Of a stretch of DNA of 6,359 nt, positions 1 through 4,858 are shown in pieces (position 1 is the first letter of the stretch; every line of letters begins with the position of its first letter). The notes below the pieces were generated by a model that searched no databases, had not been told where the DNA came from, and was given only the letters and a program-made list of their open reading frames with translations. The stretch covers positions 1 to 6,359 of the forward strand of contig NC_013965.1 of the NCBI RefSeq assembly GCF_000025685.1, given 5' to 3'. The stretch comes from Haloferax volcanii DS2. Lineage in GTDB: Archaea; Halobacteriota; Halobacteria; Halobacteriales; Haloferacaceae. A program made the position numbers and the translations under genes.

Positions 1-284
1 TCGACGGTGTCGGTGATCCCGAGATATAGGAGAGCGAACGACCACGACAGGACGTTTAGCGTATGCTCTTTCCCGTCTAAATCGCCGTCCTCGAAGGCTT
101 CCGTTCTAAGGTCCTCGTCGAGTTCCGAAACCAGGAGCGGCATATCATGTAGGGCTTCATGGAGCCGCTCGACTATCGCTCGCCGGCGTTCGTATCCTGC
201 CTGTTTGCTATACTCCTTCGGTTTTTGGAGATACCGGCGGTCGGCCGGTGACAAAATCCCTCTTGCCCTTTCGTCAAGACTCAT
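1..284 (-). CDS. Partial CDS whose C-terminus runs off the left edge. Small helical acidic protein, putative DNA-binding or regulatory protein typical of haloarchaeal mobile elements.
   Basis: Absent from the supplied ORF track because it has no stop codon inside the window. Reverse-strand ATG at 284-282. An in-frame TAA two codons upstream (290-288) fixes the start, and the frame stays open to position 1. My translation: MSLDERARGILSPADRRYLQKPKEYSKQAGYERRRAIVERLHEALHDMPLLVSELDEDLRTEAFEDGDLDGKEHTLNVLSWSFALLYLGITDTV... It is acidic and helix-prone. The N-terminal LSPADRRYL...(basic helix) pattern resembles small conserved haloarchaeal island or plasmid proteins I recall, but I cannot name the family. 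The + strand ORF 7..336 is its Ser/Arg-rich shadow. Confidence 0.6.
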   Translation of the reverse strand, partial: MSLDERARGILSPADRRYLQKPKEYSKQAGYERRRAIVERLHEALHDMPLLVSELDEDLRTEAFEDGDLDGKEHTLNVLSWSFALLYLGITDTV

Positions 285-317
285 GCTTTACCAATCACAT
301 CTTCATGTCCGTAATGC

Positions 318-323
318 TTTATA
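318..323. promoter_or_regulatory. TATA-box-like element (TTTATA / TATAAA) in the 62-bp divergent intergenic region.
   Basis: TTTATA at 318-323 is centred about 26-27 nt upstream of the ATG at 347. That is the spacing expected for a leaderless haloarchaeal transcript. Read on the other strand, it is TATAAA about 36 nt upstream of the ATG at 284. Confidence 0.4.
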
Positions 324-346
324 CGTTGTGCCCTAAAGCGGGATAT

Positions 347-490
347 ATGTCTGCCACGGACACGCGGATTCCGGTGTCGAAGGATGTGCGGCGCGACCTC
401 CGGGTTCTCAAGGCGCGGGAAGGCCGACGGTCATACGATGAGACAATTGCGGTGGTGCTTGACGCATATCTCTCTGAGAAGGTGGATTAA
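347..490 (+). CDS. 47-aa ribbon-helix-helix (CopG/Arc/MetJ-like) DNA-binding protein.
   Basis: Internal ATG (347) of supplied ORF 248..490. Product: MSATDTRIPVSKDVRRDLRVLKAREGRRSYDETIAVVLDAYLSEKVD. It fits the strand-helix-turn-helix RHH pattern: beta strand TRIPVSKDV, helix A RRDLRVLKAREG, helix B SYDETIAVVLDAYL. The size matches CopG-type repressors. The TATA box at -27 supports start 347. The 33 upstream codons (MTKSLLPFRQDSCFTNHIF...) are non-acidic and cover the promoter. Double stop TAATAA at 488-493. Confidence 0.65.
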   Translation: MSATDTRIPVSKDVRRDLRVLKAREGRRSYDETIAVVLDAYLSEKVD

Positions 491-701
491 TAAACTATAG
501 TCGTGACTAGCGAACTAGTTGAATCAAACGACGCCGGGAGCACACGAGTCTGCCAGGACTTCGCTCCTATCGGCGTCGAAGGATGCTTACGCGGACACGG
601 CGGGCGGGTGGCCCGTTGTCCTAACTCAACCAATGTGGTTGGGGCTTATGGGATTATCGGATTTTCACCCGGCGTTAGTGTTCGCACAAAAGCGACACTA
701 A

Positions 702-3347
702 ATGTACGATACGGACGATACGACGGCACACGAACCGACTGAGAAGCGAAGCCTTCGCTTTGCGACTGACCTCGAGGCGGACGTCTCGCTTACAGACTGG
801 ACCGCCCTTCGGGTTCATCGAGTAATCTTCGACGAGACAGAGAGTCAATTTGCGCTTCTCGAGGCACTACAAACAGCGGCGGACGGTGTCGACATACTCG
901 AGTTTGAACACCGACTGTCGAGTTGTGGGTTTGACGTCGATGGGTCAGTCGTGAAACTTGCACGACGAGCTGTCGCCGGCGAGAGACGGGCTCTGTGGGA
1001 CTTGATTCGGTATGCGCGACGGTTGGGACATGATGAGATGGGACAGCCACAGAGCGCCTTAGAGGACGCTCTCGCGTTCACTCGTCTATTGGGCTATAGC
1101 AACCCTCAACAGACGATAGCAATCGGTCTCAATGCGGCTTTCAGAGAGACGCGGCGCGACCAGGCCGACGAGATTATCGAGTACGTTCTAACGCTGTCTG
1201 AGAGCGTCGACGTGGTCCTTGGTGGGTCAGAGATCGACCGAGTGTACTTGCACAACTACTACGGCGATATTCTCCCATCGAGTGTTACGAATCCGTGCAA
1301 CGACACCCGTAATGATTACTCCATTACGACGCTCGTCGACGTGGTTGGGACGGACGGACTTGCTGTCGAGATACTTCGGACGGTAGGTGAGACTGAAAGC
1401 GGACACATGGCCTACAGCGCCCTACAATCGGCGTTCAGTCAGTACGATAGGACCACGGTCTCGCGGCGATTGAACGAGAAGCTAATCGAGTATGGTCTTT
1501 GTGAGAAGTACGGCGCTCGCGGAAACCTACGAATCGAGATTCTCGACAAAGGAGCGTTGTACCTCGAAGAATTAGCCAAAGAGAAAGAGCGACAAAAGGC
1601 CCTTCAGGACTACGTTACGAACACCCCAAAACCAAACCACAATACCCGTGTAATCACGGACCGCCCTCGGGGAGGGAGGGAGGACGACCACCGACCGACC
1701 GCCGAAGGTGAGGCGTCGACGACGCCGGACGGACGGGTTCGCTTACCTCGGTATCACGGTGTGGACTATCTTTCGTACGCAGAGACGGTCTCAGCGGCGA
1801 AGACACCGCCGAAGAAAGGCGTTAGTGTGACAAACTACCCTGTCGAACCCAAATCTGACCGGGGAGAAGCCGGGTGGGGCTACCTTGAGGACGAGAATAC
1901 GCTCGTCGTCTCTGCAGAGTACGACTCTGCCATGTCTCATGTGGTGATGATTGCACGAGCGTTACTCGATCCTAAGACGTTCGACCAGGTCCTTACCGAG
2001 GACCGTCTCGCGGAACTTGATGGACTAATCGAAGATGGGACGTACGTTCGTGGGTCTCGAAACCTCGGGTGGTTGGCTGACTCTGTCGACTCGGCGGGTG
2101 AGTACGTCGACGTCCTCGAGGACGCGAGAGACGAGCTACTCGACATGACGCGGTCACTTGCACATGAGGACTACGAGTGTGAGACGTCCGAGTACCTGAG
2201 TCGAATCACGAAAACGGCGATGGGTCTCGCGGGAACCGCGTTTCACGTCCTCGATTTACTCGATATTGACGTCGTTTGGGAGGCTCGCTTACCCGACTAC
2301 AACCGACACCCGGAGCGATACGGGGAGGACAATGCCGAGTTGTTAGCAACGACGCTTGCGAAGAACGCGCCGATTGCGGCGACGTACGGGAACCACGTAG
2401 TCCGGCGACTGTTGTTTGAAGACCGAGACGAGAAGCGACGTCAGTCGTTCGACCCTGTCGTCGACGCGAGCAATCCGTATGCGAACCTGATTGCGTCGAT
2501 CTCGGTGGTTGGTGACTTCGGGAATCGGGCGGACCACGTCGCCGGCGTAATAGAAGACCGACTGTCGAACCCTGGGGAGATTCACGAGGACGCGCCGGAG
2601 ATTGCGCTCAAAGTCCCTGTGGTCGTCGAGCATGGTCCGAGTACGGTTGCACGAGTAACACGGGCAATGTGTCGGGCGAAAGGTCTCGACGCGACGAGAG
2701 ACGCGATACGGCTATTCTCTGGGTTTGCACGGACACCGTACGACGTAGCCCACGCAATCGGGCGAGGGTTGTCTCAAGAAGCGACACCGAGAGAGATTCG
2801 GAGTAGCGAAGTACGGCTTTCACTCGCGAGTCTCCCGTCGAAGCGTCTCTTAGAGGACGCAACCCCCACGGTTCGGGCGATGATTAGTACGTTGCTCGCG
2901 ACGAATCTGAGCCTTAGCAAGACAGAGTTAGCCGAGAAAGCGGGAATCTCGACGCAGTCGGTTCGGAACCACTTACCGACACTTGTAGCAATGGGGTTAG
3001 TCGACGAGACCGAGGGTCAGTGCCGACTGAACCTTTCGTTCACAGACGAGCAAGAACGCCACAAGCGGATTCTTCCATCGTTCATGCTGACCGAGTCGTT
3101 CACTCGAGACGTCCTCTTTGAGACGCTAGAAGCGCTTGATGAGTTGACCGAGGAGGTAATCGAGATATGGGTACAATGCGGACCTAACGGGCTACCGGAC
3201 ATCGACCGTCTCCATACGATGTACGACTGGGTAGACTGGGTACGTCCCTTACTGTCGAGTCTAACCGAAGAACGAGACGAGACGGTTCAGACGCTGTCTA
3301 TTGGGCCGGAGATTGCACAGCAACCCCTCACGGAGGCAGGTTCGTGA
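702..3347 (+). CDS. 881-aa acidic multi-domain protein with two winged-helix-turn-helix modules. Function unknown. Candidate replication-initiation or maintenance protein of a plasmid or provirus.
   Basis: Longest ORF, and all six overlapping antisense ORFs are Arg/Ser-rich shadows. The composition is acidic. wHTH-like segment 1 is about aa 225-290 (nt ~1374-1571): GHMAYSALQSAFSQYDRTTVSRRLNEKLIEYGLCEKYGARGNLRIEILDKG. wHTH-like segment 2 is about aa 722-785 (nt ~2865-3056): LSKTELAEKAGISTQSVRNHLPTLVAMGLVDETEGQCRLNL. A low-complexity Pro/Thr/Arg/Gly linker lies at about aa 305-350 (TNTPKPNHNTRVITDRPRGGREDDHRPTAEGEASTTPDG). I see no Walker A (GxxxxGK[ST]) and no HUH motif. The functional call is inference from context only (RHH gene upstream, repeat-rich DNA downstream). 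Confidence 0.9.
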   Translation: MYDTDDTTAHEPTEKRSLRFATDLEADVSLTDWTALRVHRVIFDETESQFALLEALQTAADGVDILEFEHRLSSCGFDVDGSVVKLARRAVAGERRALWDLIRYARRLGHDEMGQPQSALEDALAFTRLLGYSNPQQTIAIGLNAAFRETRRDQADEIIEYVLTLSESVDVVLGGSEIDRVYLHNYYGDILPSSVTNPCNDTRNDYSITTLVDVVGTDGLAVEILRTVGETESGHMAYSALQSAFSQYDRTTVSRRLNEKLIEYGLCEKYGARGNLRIEILDKGALYLEELAKEKERQKALQDYVTNTPKPNHNTRVITDRPRGGREDDHRPTAEGEASTTPDGRVRLPRYHGVDYLSYAETVSAAKTPPKKGVSVTNYPVEPKSDRGEAGWGYLEDENTLVVSAEYDSAMSHVVMIARALLDPKTFDQVLTEDRLAELDGLIEDGTYVRGSRNLGWLADSVDSAGEYVDVLEDARDELLDMTRSLAHEDYECETSEYLSRITKTAMGLAGTAFHVLDLLDIDVVWEARLPDYNRHPERYGEDNAELLATTLAKNAPIAATYGNHVVRRLLFEDRDEKRRQSFDPVVDASNPYANLIASISVVGDFGNRADHVAGVIEDRLSNPGEIHEDAPEIALKVPVVVEHGPSTVARVTRAMCRAKGLDATRDAIRLFSGFARTPYDVAHAIGRGLSQEATPREIRSSEVRLSLASLPSKRLLEDATPTVRAMISTLLATNLSLSKTELAEKAGISTQSVRNHLPTLVAMGLVDETEGQCRLNLSFTDEQERHKRILPSFMLTESFTRDVLFETLEALDELTEEVIEIWVQCGPNGLPDIDRLHTMYDWVDWVRPLLSSLTEERDETVQTLSIGPEIAQQPLTEAGS

Positions 3348-3540
3348 TTGAACTAACCTTTGGTAATATGTTCGTGATATGCGTTGTATTCGGGTATCTC
3401 GTAATCTCGTGGTATCTCTCGAGACAGTACGTTCATGATTAGAGTAGGGTCGACGAACTCTGAACCTATGAATCGCGGTCGGACAACAACCCCCCATGGA
3501 ATCTTGAGGCAAGAGACAAACACGGACCACATGAACCCCC

Positions 3541-4110
3541 ATGAGTAGTAAGATGAATTACGGTCGGTTCGGGCGATGTACCGCGACAGCTAAGAGTACG
3601 GGAAAGCGGTGTGGTCGACCAGCAATCGGACCACATGGGAAGTGTGGGTTTCACGGGGGCAAGAGTAGTGGACCGAAGAATACCGAGTACCTGGAGGAAA
3701 ACGACTTTGCGAGAGGTAACTCGGGTGGGGGAGCGCCGAAGCTCAACACGAACGCGGTTCAGTCTGGTGCGTGGGTCGACCTCGAGAAGCTCGAGGCGCG
3801 ACTCTCCGAGAAAGAACGCGACGACGTCGAGCGTACGACCGAGGCATACCTCAAGCGGGCGACAGCGGACCTTCCCGAGGACGAGCTACAAGCAAAAGCG
3901 CGAGAGATTGCATTACTCCAAATTCTCCGGTTTCGAGCGACTGGTGACGTCTTTACTCGGGGGTTTGCGTGGGAAGAACCGACGTCCGTCGACGTCGCGG
4001 GCGAGAGTTACGAGTATGAGTCGACTAGAGTAAACCCCTCTGTCGGTCGTGGGTTAGACTTGTCCGCCCGGTGGCGACGTCTCATGTCCGAGATCGAAGC
4101 GTGGCCTTAG
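3541..4110 (+). CDS. 189-aa zinc-ribbon protein of HGGxSTG type with a GAPKxNxNA motif. Resembles a terminase small subunit or YjcR-type DNA-recognition protein.
   Basis: N-terminus GRCTATAKSTGKRCGRPAIGPHGKCGFHGGKSSGP gives C13-x10-C24-x10-C35-x2-H38-GG-x-S-x-GP (nt 3577-3672). This matches the bacterial and archaeal HGGxSTG motif as I remember it. It is followed by GGGAPKLNTNAVQSGAW (nt 3730-3774), which matches the GAPKGNxNAxKHGxY signature seen in YjcR and phage small-terminase-like proteins. The C-terminal half is acidic and helical. The alternative frame ORF 3611..4033 is Arg/Ser-rich. An ATG at 3553 is a possible alternative start. Confidence 0.85.
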   Translation: MSSKMNYGRFGRCTATAKSTGKRCGRPAIGPHGKCGFHGGKSSGPKNTEYLEENDFARGNSGGGAPKLNTNAVQSGAWVDLEKLEARLSEKERDDVERTTEAYLKRATADLPEDELQAKAREIALLQILRFRATGDVFTRGFAWEEPTSVDVAGESYEYESTRVNPSVGRGLDLSARWRRLMSEIEAWP

Positions 4111-4145
4111 TTGGTGTCTTCTTGCTGGTCGATGTACCCTACAAG

Positions 4146-4192
4146 TTGAATCAGAAAGTTACCGATTTGAATCGCTATCTCAAGTGTTTCAA
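4146..4192. repeat. AT-rich tract with three TTGAATC-type motifs: two direct copies and one inverted copy with a mismatch.
   Basis: TTGAATC at 4146-4152 and 4167-4173, 21 bp apart. GTTTCAA at 4186-4192 is the reverse complement GATTCAA with one mismatch. It lies just downstream of the TerS-like gene in the most AT-rich part of the window. Confidence 0.45.
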
Positions 4193-4303
4193 TTTCTGTC
4201 ATTGCATACTAAGAGTAGTCACGGTTAGGCGCGTCCTCGAAACACCCCATGGAAGAAATTGCTAATCGGGTTGTCGGTGAGTGACAACGAGGGCTAGCAA
4301 TCG

Positions 4304-4360
4304 GTACTAATCGCAAGACTGCGGTACGATACGTACTAATCAATACGTACGTGGATACGA
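4304..4360. repeat. Cluster of short direct repeats and palindromes in a long convergent intergenic region.
   Basis: GTACTAATC at 4304-4312 and 4333-4341. ATACGTAC at 4329-4336 and 4343-4350, with a partial third copy ATACGA at 4355-4360. A 5-3-5 palindrome GTACG-ATA-CGTAC at 4324-4336. An 8-bp palindrome ACGTACGT at 4345-4352. Nearby there is a hairpin GTTGTC-n7-GACAAC at 4270-4288, and CTAATCG at 4262-4268 and 4307-4313. Confidence 0.5.
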
Positions 4361-4456
4361 AATGCGGCGGTTCTCACCGGAAGAATAGTACGAATACTGA
4401 GAAGTGAGGACGCATTTTCGGAACGTCTTCAGGCGAGCGCGCGCCCGAAGTGCCGA

Positions 4457-4684
4457 CTACTCGTAACGGCAGGCTGGTCGGTGGGACGCCGTCGACGTCT
4501 CGCCGTCGAGGACTTCAGCCCCACACACGGGACACCGGACGTAGTTGTGCCCAGTCGGTTCGCCGTAGCGGTCGTACTCGGTAAACGGTCCTTCCCAGTC
4601 GGGAGTGTCGTCGATGACCTCGGCGTCGTCGCCGGCGATGATGATAGCGGTACTGTCTTGGCTTCGGGTTTCGTTGGTCGACAT
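4457..4684 (-). CDS. 75-aa acidic CPxCG-type zinc-finger micro-protein.
   Basis: Product: MSTNETRSQDSTAIIIAGDDAEVIDDTPDWEGPFTEYDRYGEPTGHNYVRCPVCGAEVLDGETSTASHRPACRYE. About 21% of residues are Asp or Glu. The metal-binding pattern is C51-P-V-C54-G ... H68-x3-C72 (nt 4469-4534). CPxCG is the hallmark of the small zinc-finger protein class described in haloarchaea. Both overlapping ORFs have atypical composition: 4481.. on the + strand (N-terminal part) and 4429..4731 on the - strand. Confidence 0.75.
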   Translation of the reverse strand: MSTNETRSQDSTAIIIAGDDAEVIDDTPDWEGPFTEYDRYGEPTGHNYVRCPVCGAEVLDGETSTASHRPACRYE

Positions 4685-4760
4685 GGTCTTTCAGTCTCCA
4701 TAGAGAAAGGCCGGTCTCGGTGTCCTACCACCGGGACGTTTCAACACGTCCGAGGATACC

Positions 4761-4822
4761 GTCTTTCTCTACCATATTGTATTAGCCACATGGACATAAG
4801 TCTTTACCATATTGGTTATGCC
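4761..4822. promoter_or_regulatory. Two about 21-27-bp imperfect direct repeats (candidate operator sites) in the divergent promoter region.
   Basis: R1 is CTCTACCATATTGTATTAGCC (4767-4787) and R2 is CTTTACCATATTGGTTATGCC (4802-4822). They match at 16 of 21 positions, with an exact 10-mer TACCATATTG, and are offset by 35 bp. Each has GTCTTT just 5' of its TACCATATTG core (4761 and 4800). A degenerate third copy, GTCTTTCAGTCTCCATA (4686-4702), abuts the start of the minus-strand gene. R2 ends 6 nt before the TATA-like box. Confidence 0.5.
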
Positions 4823-4828
4823 AAAAGG

Positions 4829-4834
4829 TATAAT
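4829..4834 (+). promoter_or_regulatory. TATA-box-like element with a purine-rich BRE-like flank for the 205-aa wHTH gene.
   Basis: TATAAT at 4829-4834 is preceded by CCAAAAGG (4821-4828). It is centred about 27 nt upstream of the ATG at 4859, which is leaderless-type spacing. Confidence 0.45.
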
Positions 4835-4858
4835 CGGGCGGGGAACGTACTGAATCGT

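Noticed and set aside
7-336. Supplied + strand ORF of 109 aa (GTG start).
   Set aside because: It is Ser/Arg/Cys-rich and non-acidic, and it lies exactly antisense to a much more plausible acidic minus-strand frame (1..284). It is a shadow ORF.
248-346. N-terminal 33 codons of supplied ORF 248..490.
   Set aside because: The segment (MTKSLLPFRQDSCFTNHIFMSVMLYTLCPKAGY) is non-acidic. It overlaps the start of the divergent gene and the TATA box. The RHH fold begins at the internal ATG at 347.
503-742. Supplied ORFs 503..742 (79 aa) and 519..701 (60 aa) in the spacer upstream of the 881-aa gene.
   Set aside because: Both use non-ATG starts (GTG and TTG) and have basic or neutral composition, unlike the other proteins here. 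The TAAATG abutment of 519..701 and a CxxxHGG string in 503..742 were noted, but they are insufficient to call genes. This is kept only as a possible upstream ORF in the findings.
1669-1683. G-rich tract GGGGAGGGAGGGAGG, a possible G-quadruplex. It follows a C/A-rich run at 1624-1648.
   Set aside because: It has only three runs of at least 3 G plus one GG. It lies in the coding low-complexity linker (PRGGRED) and is adequately explained by amino-acid composition.
918-2470. Possible archaeo-eukaryotic primase (prim-pol) motifs in the 881-aa protein: LLDIDVVW (D521/D523), YGNHVV (H565) and FDPVVD (D584/D588). A second DxD...H pattern is FDVDG...LGHD near the N-terminus.
   Set aside because: Asp is so abundant in this halophilic protein that DxD...H...D patterns recur by chance, and two were found. 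The conserved context of AEP motifs II and III is missing. It cannot be supported without profile or structure comparison.
790-3202. Six minus-strand ORFs inside the 881-aa gene: 790..1050, 845..1081, 1937..2146, 2343..2633, 2608..2862 and 3017..3202.
   Set aside because: All are Arg/Ser/Pro-rich antisense shadows of a long, well-behaved acidic ORF, which is typical of GC-biased codon usage.
347-3347. Type II toxin-antitoxin reading, with the RHH protein as antitoxin and the downstream gene as toxin.
   Set aside because: The downstream gene is 211 bp away, 881 aa long, and has no toxin-like domain. The architecture fits a CopG-type regulator better than an antitoxin.
3523-3637. Exact 11-bp direct repeat CGGACCACATG (3523-3533 and 3627-3637), and the CCCCATGGAA-like strings at 3492-3501 and 4245-4254.
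   Set aside because: Several chance 11-mer repeats are expected in a 6.4-kb window. One copy is coding and the other is non-coding, and there is no supporting structure.
3261-4265. ORFs 3261..3542 (-), 3466..3654 (-), 3611..4033 (+) and 4071..4265 (+).
   Set aside because: They are strongly basic or Cys- and Arg-rich, and they overlap better candidates or promoter and spacer DNA. They show no motifs.
4429-4858. The 5' extension of the 331-aa ORF (4481..4858), and ORF 4429..4731 (-).
   Set aside because: The extension is antisense to the acidic CPxCG gene and runs through the divergent promoter, the repeats and the TATA box. The composition becomes haloarchaeal only after Met127 (4859). ORF 4429..4731 is a Thr/Arg/Pro-rich alternative frame of the 75-aa gene.
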